Positions 47,454 through 59,962 of a stretch of 64,000 nucleotides of DNA are shown here, piece after piece (within the stretch, counting starts at the first letter, position 1; each line of letters starts with the position of its first letter). The position numbers were made by a program, and so were the translations under genes. The notes beneath the pieces are model-generated. The model saw only the letters and a program-made list of their open reading frames with translations, did not search any database and was not told where the DNA came from. Origin of the DNA: Marsupella aquatica (lineage: Eukaryota > Plantae > Marchantiophyta); the NCBI GenBank assembly GCA_973895155.1, contig OZ316897.1, positions 21,303,455-21,367,454 on the forward strand. Reading direction: 5' to 3'.

Positions 47454-50400
47454 TTACTCCAGGTCGAATTCGTCTTTCTCGCTTGAAGGCCCAGCCTGTT
47501 CATCCCTTGGAATCGTGAACTCATCATCCGACCCAGCGTCTTGATTAACCTTGGCTGGCTGATCCCTAATCTGCTTTGCCTTGCTCAAATGCCTCGCCAA
47601 AACACTGTTTAAAGTTTTTTCTGCACAGCAATGGAGAATGTCCCTGTCTTCAACACCGACAACAAATCTCCCGGAGAATTCTCCGGCAGAAAACGAGCTA
47701 CCGTCACACACAGTCCAGTCAAGGACTATGTCTTTGGGTTTTGTGAGGAATTCCATCACGGCTTGCATGAACCCAATTGAAAGCCTTTTCGATCCAGCAA
47801 CAGCCGCTTCTGGACAAGGGTCAGTCTTAGGGTAACAAACACTCAACATTGACTTATGTCTTGCATCTTTCGAAGACGTCAATGGAACATACGCTGGGTC
47901 TTTAGGAATCTTTGCACTAAATTCCACCCAACAAAAAACATCCAGGATGAGAGTGCACACCTGCATAAAAACCAAAATACATCAGAAACAATGCTAACTT
48001 TGTTAGCGAGCTCGCTAGCATTAACTTAGTCGGAAAATAGAAAATTAACACCTAAACAAGATATGTTTGGTAGCTGAAAATTATAATTTTGTTAGCGACA
48101 TCGCTAGCATTAAAACTCTCAAGAAATTTAAGGGATAACTACCTCAATATCCATATCTGCCCTCCATAAAGGGGTGGACAACAAAACGGTATATTGCTGC
48201 ACATGTTTGAATTTGTTTTTTTGCTCGACTGCCGTAAATATTTGCCTCATGTGATTGAAGTCTGTGCTGTGCAAGACAACAACATATCCGTCGTCTGAAA
48301 GCATTGGTCTCATCACTCCAAAAAATTAATATGAGAGTTTCTCGCTCCAAACATTCCAAGACGGAACCTGTTTGTCTGTAACGCTTGTTCTATGCCCAGT
48401 TGGAAGAGAAATGAATCCCAAATGTGCTCCAATCCCAGCATAAGGCTTTCCATTAATTACGACATGGTTCGGGCACTCTACGCTCTTCGACATCCCAGTA
48501 ATCCATCGATCTCCATCTCCCATCCAAGATGGCCTCACTTTACTTATGCTAATTGAGTTTGCAGTATCGGTCAAATTGCTACGAGCCAGGAAATGTCGTT
48601 GCCCATCCATCTTCAAACCACACATCCAAGCAACACCTTGAGCAACTGAAACTTCCTCATCGTCCGCATCTAAAAGAATCTGGATGTTCCGCTTCCATTT
48701 CAAACGTTTTATACTTCCTAAATCCAATGCGCTCTTTGTTGTGACTTCGGCATCTGGGGACTGAGGTTCCTCACCATCATCTGCTCCACTCTTCAAACTC
48801 TCAGAAGCCGCTCCCTTCCTCCTCTCTGTGAAGCAAAAGACATTAGTGTCTGTATATTCGACACACATCCAGACTTAAAAATAAAAAGTAACATACAATT
48901 AATAGACTTACTTGGCTTTCCGGAAATCTGGGACCCATCTTTGGATTTGTCCTTCAATGCTCCTTTTCTTGGCTTCCGTGCTCGACTCCTATCCACTATG
49001 GCAGCTACACCAAGACAAGCTTTTTCCATCGCCTCGCAACCACCAACTTCAGCATCAGTGGGTGCCAATTTGGACTCGGAGATGTAAGATTCCGGAAGGA
49101 ATCCTCGATTGATCATGTGAAGAGCTGCTTTCTCTGTAGTGTCAAATGTCACAGACCATTTGTTCGAGTCCAAATACCATGGACAATGAAGAACCTCCCA
49201 CTCGCTCAATCTCCTTGGAGCTTCACTTCCCTCGCAAGGAAATATACAATATTCCCCAAACTTATCACTTGTAGGGTCCTCTTTAACCCGGGCTTTAACC
49301 CCGGCTATCCATGGGGAGAAACAGGCTGGGTAGGACCACCAATAAAATTTGTCTGCTACTTCTCTGTCTACAAAAAATCGATACGTGTATCTCTTCGCTC
49401 TCCTCCGAAATAATGTAATGTCTACCTTCTCTCCTGTCTTGGGTGGCCAAATCTGCTTGAAAAAATGAGTTTTCACACGAGTTTGGAAATCCTCAAAATC
49501 CTCCTCAATGTCAAGGATTAGCGAAGCTTTTGTCTTCTCTGAAGACGTAAGGATCCTCGACTCAGGGACAGTAGGCATTACCTCAAAAACAATTTCAGAC
49601 ATGAGGGAAGACGAAATTGACTCGACTTGCTCCCACACTGCCCAACGATGAAGCCAAAGCTTAGTCTCACCATCTGAGAATTGACCTGGATGAAAGAATT
49701 TTTTCCGAAGCTCAGGACGACACTGTGCCTCCAGGAGTGTACATCAGAGCTCTGGGGATAAAGAGGTCACACCAGTGAACAATCGAGCTTGATCAAGACC
49801 ACAAGAAACATTTCCCCTGCCTTTGTCATCTGTTCTCTGGGCCTCCTTTCTCTTGTTCTCGCAGTAGTTATGCATTTCGACACATTTCTTGAAAAAGTCT
49901 CCAAACTCAGGATTTAGTAATGGACCGATCTTTGGAACTTTCACATTCCAATCAGCAAGTTGTTCTTTCATCATGTCATGCATTGCTAAGTCCTGTGCAG
50001 CCTTGGAAAGGGGCTCGCCTTGAGCCTCCTTAAGAGCAAATTTCTTCTTAAGGTCCTCGGTCTACGATGCAATGTTAGCAGCGGATAGAATATAAGTGCA
50101 GGCATCCAACGTCATGTTCTTCGAATACCATGCGGCCTTCCGCAAATTGGCCATCTTCTACTGGAAAAGTTTGTAATTCTCAGCGTCGATGATATCTTTG
50201 TAAATGGATAAGTCATTGTTCAGAATCTTCTGGACGCGTTCAGCCTCCAAAACCCAGGAATTCTCTACATGACATTGAGTTAACCTGCCACAACATGCCT
50301 CATGTTAGCGAGATCGCTAGCTGAAAGTGACCTGGTAAAAATGAAATTTCAGAACTATCTTATCATGAGAAGTCCCACCTGTTCAATGCGTGCATAGCCG

Positions 50401-51154
50401 ACTCGATCTGAACGAAAGAGTTCTTTTCACCCTTAAAGATCTTGCAGACCACTCGAGGATGGTACTTAATATCATCCGGATGTTCCTCCGCCAGTTGGCT
50501 CCACGAATACAATCGGTGGTTTCCATCGAAAACATAGAACATTTTGTCCTTGAGGATCTGGAAAGAAACATGAGAATCACATTCGCGCTCAAACTCCTTG
50601 TTTTGCAACACCCAAATATCATCCCAAGTTTCGCGGATGGCATGTGTACAGATCTGGATTTCTCCATCCTTGTTTGTCATCTGAACGTAAAATCGAGGCG
50701 CATCCTCGATGTAACCCTGCATTTTGAACTCGGACTTCAATGTGTCTATCGCAGTGGAATCCTTCTGCAGAGACCGGACAATCTGCATGTTTCTCATCCG
50801 GCATAGAGGAATTCGGGTGGGAGCCAATGCAAATCCAAACTCATTCACTCCAAACGAGTGAAGATGACGGTTTATGACAACCGTGTAAGGTTCCAAAGCG
50901 CTAGGATCAAACACAAGAGCAACTACGTCTACCGCTGTCACCATCTTGGGCCGCCTTGGAGTCTTCAATCCCGCTGCAAGCGCTTTCTTGTTCGCTGTGG
51001 ACCTAGTTTCTCTCCTTGTCGACTCCCTAGACTGAAACGATCCTCTCAAAGAAATACTCTCTGGAGACAACGATGACTCCATGAAATAAAACCCTTCGGA
51101 GAAGAGTGCTTGAGCCCGAAGACTGCAGCGGCTGCACGCGTCAAAAACGTCCAT
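47454..51154 (-). pseudogene. Spliced gene: ParB/Srx-like N-terminal domain plus C-terminal N4C/N6A DNA methyltransferase-like domain (~1100 aa)
   Basis: Inferred exons 51154-50379, 50284-48912, 48825-48143 and 47960-47454 with GT-AG borders. ParB-like IPLCRM...VRSL...IDTLKSEFKMQGY...FYVFDGNHRLYSW. MTase-like AHLGFISLPTG...RPMLSDDGYVVV...FLTKPKDIVLDWTVCDGSSFSAGEFSGRFVVGVE. Three stops in exon 2 and a frameshift near 48325. Confidence 0.7.
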
Positions 51155-51760
51155 AGAGCACCTCCTTTCGGAGAATTAGGACAGCCGTACAAACTGCTAT
51201 GAACTCCCTCCGAAGCCTTACAGAGTTACGATAGTGAATACTGACAACGATCGACAGTACGATGTAAGGAATAACAGAAATCTCCTGGCAGGGACCACTA
51301 GTTGTACTTTTTGGAAAACATGAAGAACAACCTTCACGACCGATAATCTTATCCAGACAAAATACTCCAGGTGTCCCGTGTAATTTGTACCGTTGACATT
51401 ATGGTACCCGTTGACTATTCCCAACGGAATCCTAACGGTAAACTTCCTCAAAAATCAGTTTGACTTTTTGGCTAGTGAGATCGCTGGCATAAACTCAATG
51501 ACACAGGTATCCTTAAAAGAGTTGAAATCAACGGTTTTCTTGCCATAAAACTATCAAAACCAAGCTAGCGAGATCGCTAGCATGGGAGACGTCCCTATAC
51601 GTTGAGTAAAAGACAAAATAACGGTAAAATCAACGGGAACGAACTGACAATCTGTTCGGATTGTTGTTTCCGTTGGGAAAAACCCAGTTTTGGTCCTACA
51701 AATAGAATTCGTATGGGAGATTCAAAACATAGTGGTTGTATTTTTGTATGCTGAGAAGAG

Positions 51761-54700
51761 ATGATGTCGATGAATTCCAAGGTGGTTTTGGAGCGTAGAA
51801 TGATGGGAGACGTGGTGGTACTCCCAAGTGCCCCTAACTCGTCGGAGGTTAGGGTGACAGAGTCATTCCTTGCAACTCGTTTTGGAATTCCAAAAGATGA
51901 CCTTGTCATGAAGTTGTTTGAGTTGTATTCTCAAAATGGGCCACGGAGTCACGAGTTGAGAGAGGACAGTAGTACTTCCGGGAAGGTCTGGACGCTGAAG
52001 GTTGGATCTTGTGTCGAGGTTCTGTCCAGTAAAGATGGTTTTCCTGATGTCATTTTGGAACCCATGGAATTAGATCCCGTTCATCAAACTCCTATGATTG
52101 ATCTTGGGACGCCTCCCAAAGACAGAGCTCCCGAGGTCATTGAAATATCTCCAGAGAGTATAAGGCAAGACACATCTTGTGGTTCGATGAAGTCACGAGA
52201 TGGTTCCGAACCCGAAGGGTTAGCGACAAATTTGATTGAAAGGACTGGGGATAGCATGACCACAGTGTATCAGATGAGTGCCTATGACGCTTTTCTCAAT
52301 ATCAGTGGAGCGAGTGAACTTGCACAATTTAGAAGAGGGAATCAATGGAATGAATGTCAGGTTTCGACTCTGCCATCGACATACAATGGTAACGTTGTTT
52401 TTGAACTTCCTCCAGTCGAGTGGGGCGGGAGGGGAGGAGGTCTCCAAGATATGGATCGAGAGAAGGACAGCTATCCTTGGACGAGACTAGTGACTACATC
52501 TGCGAATTTGAAGCCAAGGTTTCATTGGGCTGTGTCGAAAGTTTGTTGCGCTGGAATTCTTGAATGCCATAATTTGGGTTGCCGGAAGTTGAAACATACT
52601 GGAGTGAAAAATGACTGCGCTTTCAGAGGGAAAGGGTTGTTGACTGACATCTTTCGTCTTGGAGAGCAAGTGAGTGAGGGAGGACTTGTCTGTGGCTTCT
52701 GTGAAGAGAGGCCTCTCTGTATTTGAGAATGCCCGGCAAAACTGTTGTATGTGTACCCTAAGCAAGGTTTGGAGAGTCACATTTCAATGCATATGTCCAG
52801 ATTGGCTGTGCATATGGGATTCCATGATCACCCTGTTTGGAAGGGAAAATCTCGTTCTACGAGAAAAACAGCGGAAGATGTGGTTTTAGGGGTCCATCGG
52901 TTGAATCCAGTCTCAACTCCCGCACGTCTGAGAAACCAGTCAATTGGGAACCTTGTCTCACTATTGCATCCAGAATCATCGGCTCAGTTGTCGAGAGAAG
53001 AACAACAAGAAATCGGAGTAGTTTCTACCGCTCCAAAGTTCCAACCTATTCTTCGGAGTGTGAAGATGGATAATCCTAAAAAAGGAGAACTTGACTCACT
53101 TCATGAAATGCAATCACGTAACAATTTCCCTTTCGTGCAAAGGTACCTGTTTCCCGGTCAAGGAAACAGAAATGATCGAGCGCATGTATTCAAAATGAGT
53201 ACAAATGGTCCTGGATCGGGTGTGGAAATTTTGAGGAGCATGGAGGCTGGAGGAGCATTGGAAGGTTCGTGGGTCAGTTTTGACGTGATGCATCGTATCA
53301 CTAGTGGATGGTTGACCTTCAGCGCACACGTGTATGACCATAATTACCGCGCTTTGTGTACAATTTTCACTTGCGAGTTGAGAGCCGAAGACATAGAGTT
53401 GCTTGAAACTGCGTGGAGGTTAATGGTAGATGTCGCATCCAAGAATGGAGTGCATAATCCCATTATTGGAGGATTCATAGCAGACAATGCGGAGGCTGGC
53501 TGGATTTCTGTGAGAAGGGTATTTTTTGGAGGTGTCAGAAATCCTCTGAAAGAGCATAGTGATGCTTTCCATCTCTCAATCCCTCAGAAGACACACTTTG
53601 GAGGGGATCAAGGAGGGGTGTCATGCGGAGCACTATAAGATGTGGGAGAAGTTAAGAATTGCTCCAACATACGTCGAAGCATATCGTATCGCCGAAGACA
53701 TTCAAAAATGGTGGAAAGAGGGGAATTGTCACCCTTCCAAGCTTAAATCACTACAAGGGTGGATTTCATGGTGGGTTGTGTGGTGGAGACAATGGGGTAA
53801 CTTTATTCGTGTGGTGAGTAACGGTGAATTCTTTCTGATGAGTTTAAGCTAACGAGATCGCTAGCAATAAAACTTCTTTTCATAAATGTATTTTGGTCAC
53901 CGACTGAAACATTAGACTGTCTCAAAATAGACATATCACTAGTGAATACAAGTGTTAACTCTGCTCATTTTTCAGACGCAAACTGCGAAGGAGTCTGCTC
54001 TGATGCCAAACTGTGCGGGAGCTAAATCTGCTCACGCATCAATGCGTTCCTACCAGCTGAAGAAGAAAATTGGTTTGATTGAAGCCTATGAAGTTGACCA
54101 GAATCGAGCAGCTGGACAGATTGCAGCGTTCACTGCATACTTGGAAGGGTGTCACCGTGGGAATGGTCCTACAATATTTGAGCTGGCCTTCAGAAATGCA
54201 GATACAATGGGGTCTATGGATGCCTATGAGAAGGCATCCAATCTACTATTTGAATCATCTGGAAAATATGAGTTCTATAGAACTGTGCCTTTACATGGAG
54301 ATCTTAGAACAACGTCAGGGAAACGGAAGGGTAGTGCTTCTGCTTCTATTCATGAAAACGATTCTCATAGACATGATAAGATATTGCGCACAGTGGCGTC
54401 GCGGTCTAGTTTGAAAAGAAGAAATCTTTACACAAAATTTGGTAACTTCAGCGGTGCTTCTGATATTGGTGGACCTTCAGACTTTCCTGGCGATGAAGAC
54501 AACCCCACTTGCCATGGACCTTCTCTTCCTCGTGAAGTTATAAATATATCAGATGATGGTGAAGAACTTAGCCGTGGAGATACAACACAGGACCCGAACT
54601 ATGTTGGAGAAATACCACAGCCTCAAAATAATCGGGATTCACCCCGAAGGATCCCTTTTGTTGAAGAGGTTGATGTGACATATGGGACCTGGCACTTGAG

Positions 54701-55538
54701 GCGGAGTGGAAAAGGGAGTGGACCTGTTTGCAATGGACGAGTGGACCGAAGTGTGTTTGGAAGAGATGAGTGCAGGAATCTCATCAAAGAAACTGGAATG
54801 AAGGCATTCCGGGCTGGAGTAGTTGGTGTTGCGATTCACGGATTGAGGTTGTCATCTCCACATTGTCAGCTTCTATACTTCTGTCCGAATAATAGGTGCC
54901 ATAAAACAGGTGGCAAAAGGACTCTTGCCCAGCTTCCGGAACCACCTGAGGCATTGCAAGTCCAACATGGGACCAGGCTGACCCCAACAGAGATTGACTT
55001 TCTTCTTCGAAATGGGATTGAAATCAGAGGATTATCATACTCTGATCCAGCACCGATTGGGTCGTTCTCCTCTCCAAATCGTGTTGACCTCCGAATTGAT
55101 GTGAACTCCTTCCCAGAAAGAGTTGACATTGGTATTCCAAACCGTAGATTCAAGACCCGGAATGGGAAAGGCGTTCGTCAACGTTTCCAGAACACCCCGG
55201 AGCTTCTCAAACGCATTCGATCTACGACTAACGAACATATGAGAGTCATTGGAAGTGAGAAGATATGCCTCGGAAACAGGTGGGGATGGCAATATCTTAT
55301 CGTCACTCACGAGACAGATTCTAAAATTGCACACAAGTAGTGGGTCCAAGTGTGTTGCTTTCCTTCTTGCTCATGTGATGACTTCTACAAGAGACACACG
55401 AGAGGAAGACCCTATATGTCTTGTAAACACCTCCTCTGGGTGTACTTAAACAAGTTCTCACTGAATCTAGACAGAGACGATCTTGTGAAGCAGCCAGTTC
55501 TGACTGTTGCTGAAGTAAGGAGTTTGATTCCGTTGTAG
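51761..55538 (+). pseudogene. Mutator-like transposase with GCM-like zinc domain and C-terminal SWIM finger
   Basis: CAGILECHNLGC...CGFC...ECPA...GFHDHPV (GCM/WRKY-like), WVSFDVMHR...GFIADNAEAG...AFH (MULE catalytic core), CSCDDF...CKHLLWVY (SWIM). Intron 53814-53975. Stop at 52724 and frameshifts near 53575 and 55340. Confidence 0.8.
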
Positions 55539-56448
55539 TGTAGTTGACTTAATCTCTATTATCCGTTGAGGTGAACGTTTCAGCGTCCCTAATTTTGTCG
55601 CCTTTTTGGTTTTCAGAACAGAGGAAAGTCCTCCACCTCACTAATTATATTGTGTATGCAATGTTAGCGAGGGTCTAGTACTATTCTATACGTATCGGCA
55701 ATAGTGTTTATTTTTCTAGCGATGTCTCTGGCATTAAACCCGTAAAGTAAGTTTTAGGTTTCCCGTAAACGGTTTCTTTTTGACCAAGTTCTACATAACG
55801 TAGAGTTCAATAACTCATGTATTTTAATTGTTTTTGGGATATACATTCGAGAAAACAAACCATTTTAGTCACGCATAGTTTTACTAGCGATGTCGCTAGC
55901 AAAACTAGTACTGTAAGTCCAAACATTGCAGTCGGCAGTCTTCTCAAGAAGTTATTTCAAAATGAACAAAGATGTTCTCCCTTACAACTGTGTTGGACAT
56001 TGAGTGTCGAAGAACTTTTTCAGATCCCAGATCTACAAAATAGACACAGTCTACAAAATGTTTATGCCCCTACAACATGGACTACCGTTACTGTTTCCTA
56101 TTCAAGGGCTCGCTGCCTTGTACGCATCGGAGTCAGAGTCGGATACTGTATCATAGTCGGAGGAAGCGAGGATGTTTTCCGTGCTCGCATGTTATCCACA
56201 ACGGAAATCACTCAAGTACCAATAGGCAATATTTACTAGCGATCTCGCTAGCAAGGTATGCACTCATGAAATTGAAAAAACTTCCGAAGCTTTATTCGAA
56301 TATTGTCCAATATTTATCAAAACATCTGTAACTGACAAAATGTCCGTGTCCTACCGATCATTTCATTTTAAGGTCACGGACTTGGCAGAGATTAATTGTA
56401 AAACTACAGGGGTTCGCAACGCGGAGTGATTGTTGTCTAGGGTACTAT

Positions 56449-56877
56449 TCATGGAGATGCTGCCTTGTAGGCATCTGAATCTGTGTCCGAATCTGTATCA
56501 TAATCGAACGAAGCGAGGATGTCGGATGTCCAGTAGTTGTGTATGTCAATGTCCCTCCAGTAAGACTCCTCCTCCTCTCTCTTCCGCTTCTCTGAAACTC
56601 CCTTAGAAATGGATACGTTTGTGCGAGAAGACATTGGTGCTCTGGAAACAACGCTTGAAGTTGTTTCCTTCGGCGGTGCAGGTCGCTGAGTTGAAGCAGA
56701 GGCAACAGGCGGGACCCGACTGGATGATGATCCAGCCTTGAGCGGAGGGGTAACACTCTTCCTTGCCGGAGGAGAGCTTGGTGGTGAGTCCACTGGGCCG
56801 TCAGTTTCGGCGTTGTAGCGGCGGACCTCCAGAACCCATTTGGGTTTTGGAGCGGAAGGGTCATCATTTTTTGCCAT
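56449..56877 (-). CDS. Hypothetical 142-aa Pro/Ser-rich protein inside the MULE
   Basis: ATG-initiated ORF, GC-richer than its flanks, with basic EKRKRE and an acidic tail. No recognisable domain. Confidence 0.35.
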   Translation of the reverse strand: MAKNDDPSAPKPKWVLEVRRYNAETDGPVDSPPSSPPARKSVTPPLKAGSSSSRVPPVASASTQRPAPPKETTSSVVSRAPMSSRTNVSISKGVSEKRKREEEESYWRDIDIHNYWTSDILASFDYDTDSDTDSDAYKAASP

Positions 56878-57787
56878 TTATGTCTGTAACAAACGCTTCT
56901 GTGTATCAGATTACTTTCTCAACATGTGTTTACCAAATAGAAACAGTCACATTCAAAACATCCAAGCTCATCAAGTCAAAACGCGCAAAACTACGAGAAG
57001 GAAAAAGAGAACTGGGAAAACCAGACTTTCTCATGAACAATAATACTATTTGTTGTGAAGAGGTCTTCCCGTATCAAACTTACATCTCTTTGTGCGACAA
57101 AAACTTTGCAAGAATGCGACACACCCGAGAACACCAGATCCCCTCCTCGCCCGCGGATATGACAACACAAGCTCAATTGAAGTTACTCTGCGATGCGAAG
57201 ACGATCACGAAAGAGTGAGGAGACGATGAAAGTCAAATAATGAGAACACTGTTAGGAATGGAGATGAGTCGAGAGGTCCGAATGACATATAGTGCATTTT
57301 CGGAGCCTCAGATCCTCTCAAACAGTTTCGCGTTTCACGCTTCACTCATGAGGAAGGGGACATTGGATTCCGTCGTGATATGATACGGCTTAGTGCTGTT
57401 GCTGCAACGGTTTACACCCATGATTACTAATGAGTGATTTTCGTGTGTCATGACCGCACGGAGTATTTCGTGCGAGAATGATGGGCAGAGTTATGGCTAG
57501 CAACTTCGCTGGCCTGATGTACTGTAGAATTATATGTTTAATTATGGTGCCGTCGACGACCGTTCGTGTCCAGGGAATACATAATATGTACCAATGCATC
57601 GTCGGGGTCGCTTTTTAAACCCAACGGGAGTTAAAATAAATAGGTGGAATAGAAGGTTCCTTTTAGGCTAGCGAGTGTCACTTTTTGCTAGCAAGGTTGT
57701 TTTCGTGCCAAATTTTGGGTATTCCAAGGAGAAAATGATCCCGTGTGAGGAAATTTTTTACTGTTTCCTCGCACGCTACAATGACCC

Positions 57788-59880
57788 TCAAATTGTCCAC
57801 TTTGAACTCAAGCTTGGTTAAATTCTCCACAGACTGTTCAAGCTTGAGTAATCGAGCTGGTTCCTCAATTGTAGTTTCCCTGGACAATGGAGTCTACATA
57901 CACAAACACACCATACAATGTCAATCATCAATGATAATTTGAACATCATGGATAACTGATAATCAAAATTGAATATATACATAGGTTTTCATTACATACC
58001 GCTGATCCATGTGCAGATCCAATTCCAACAAAACTACTGCCTCGATGTTCACCACTGCCCATAGATGGACTGATCTGCACTGGGGGGACTGGACTACTAG
58101 ACACAAGTTTTGATATAACAGGGCTCATCATTCCTTTTGCTTTCTGGAAACACATAATCACATTCAAAGCAATTAGAATATTAATGAGAACTCATCATGT
58201 CATTGTTTATTCCTATACTAGATAAACACTTCAATTCAAATGACAATCTAGACCTGTGGTGAGATGGACCATCTGAAGATTCTTACCAATTTTTTTTCTG
58301 CTCCAGCAGCCCCTCCTCTTCCAAAATGCTCTTTGTTCACCACTTCTGCCCTCCTTGCTTTCATCACAACACTCCTTGCAAGCAAAGTAGGACTATCAAA
58401 ATGATCCACCGGTCGTGCCCATTTCAATGGGTCAACATATTGAGGTCCTGGTTTGGAGCGATCATGTTTACATACATCCTTCCAATAAATATTTAGTTTG
58501 TGACGTTCTCTTTTCAATAACGTCCGACAGTGACTAATAAATTTCTTGTCAGACACTGACTGCTTATCTAGATACTCCCAATCTGCCTCCATCAATTTTT
58601 GCACATCCTCAATTATGTTTGGATCTTGTTTGTTCCAATCAGGTTCTGATACATCAAAAAGCCTCAAGACATTGGCACGTAGCTCCTCCAATCCAATATG
58701 GTTTATTAGGATGAGAATCATCAATATCATTGTCATGAATCTGAAAAAAACACCACAAATGATAGTCATCAACATTGGGAATGAAACAAACACCCAATTG
58801 TTTCTGAGTACACGAATTATAGGCCACAATGTGAAATGTGCAATGAAAATCTTACCGTTATCAATTTTCCCTTCTTATTGTCAGCCCTTCTTGCACTACC
58901 GGTTCTTTGAAATTGTTTCTTGGCTTGCCTAGATTCCCTACGTTGCTCTGTTGCAGTCTTTCTTTCCTCTACATACACAATGAGCATCCAATATTGATCA
59001 TCCACAATTGCAAAATGAGGGACAAGAAATATTACAATATAATACCTAGGAGGCTTCATTGAAATTGACTTACCTGAACCCTGACTGGATGTCATTACTG
59101 CAGAGTGTCCAGATTTTCCAATCGATGTTGATGGAACCACCACTCTACACATGCAAACCACTGAAGTTTTGAGTCCAACATTCATATAGATCAACATTGA
59201 AAAATACATTGAAAATCTTTGAAATTACTTACATTCAAATAGCTGGCCAGTCACAAGGTCTTTGTAACATTGCACCATGCCACTCATGGAAGGTCCAACC
59301 TTTGTAGGGGTTTCTTTTGCATCTGCCAAGCTCTTAGATGGAGGTTGCAGATGTTCCTGTCCAGATCAAGTTAAAACCAATGTTATTAAACAGAATCACT
59401 ACCAATGTCTATAGTTTCCTCATAATGTTGGTGAAATGTAATAGGAATCTCACGTTGGATGAACTTTCTGGTTTCTCATCTTCACTGTACTCAGCATCAG
59501 TGTCATAATCTGATTCAGAGCCCTCATCACCAGACTCTGCCATACTCACTGAGGCAATTCTTGATAGTCTGGAACTCTGTCTCCTCTGTGTGGTAACCTC
59601 ACTTCTAGGAGTTTGACGTGCACTTGTTTCCTTCTTGCCCCCTACGGTCTGTGTTGCACCCAGTCTACATCAGAGAATATCAATTTATGAATGACAAGTA
59701 CCCAAAACCAACTAATATTGCTGATGAGCAATGTTAACACATCTTTGCACATTCAAAACAACATGCAAGATTATACTCACATGAAATTGAAATTTGATCC
59801 AAATATCTCCCTAAATTTTCTATTGTTGGCTGCTACCTTCTGATTTCGTTCCTCCTCATATGGAGGTATTCGCTGCATTC
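57788..59880 (-). pseudogene. 5' exons of CACTA TnpA-like gene
   Basis: Multi-exon region. W...LKRERHKL...P..VDPLKWARPVDHF...ARRAEV...HFGRGG resembles En/Spm TnpA-type proteins. Exon limits approximate. Confidence 0.6.
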
Positions 59881-59962
59881 ACTGCTAGACCATGGCATGC
59901 CATGTTAGTATGATCCCACTTCCAACTAAATGAAACTGGACTGTACAATATCTTCAAACCAT

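Larger units (their letters stand above)
48001..57514. repeat. Dispersed 20-bp palindrome TGYTAGCGA-nn-TCGCTAGCA
   Basis: Copies at 48001, 48090, 50303, 51470, 51563, 53847, 55882 and 56234; decayed copies at 55662, 55714 and 57495; half-sites near both ends (44239, 44256, 57666, 57686). Confidence 0.9.
44205..57787. mobile_element. Mutator-like element (MULE) with short TIRs, carrying a transposase and a ParB/methyltransferase-like cargo gene
   Basis: 9-bp TSD TCAAATTGT (44196-44204 and 57788-57796). Ends GAGGAATTGTACGGTGCGAGGAAACAG / GGGTCATTGTAGCGTGCGAGGAAACAG. The host reading frame is restored on removal. Confidence 0.9.

Noticed and set aside
47454-51154. Bacterial or phage contamination as the source of the ParB/MTase-like gene
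   Set aside because: The gene has GT-AG introns and lies within a TSD-bounded MULE that interrupts a plant CACTA reading frame.
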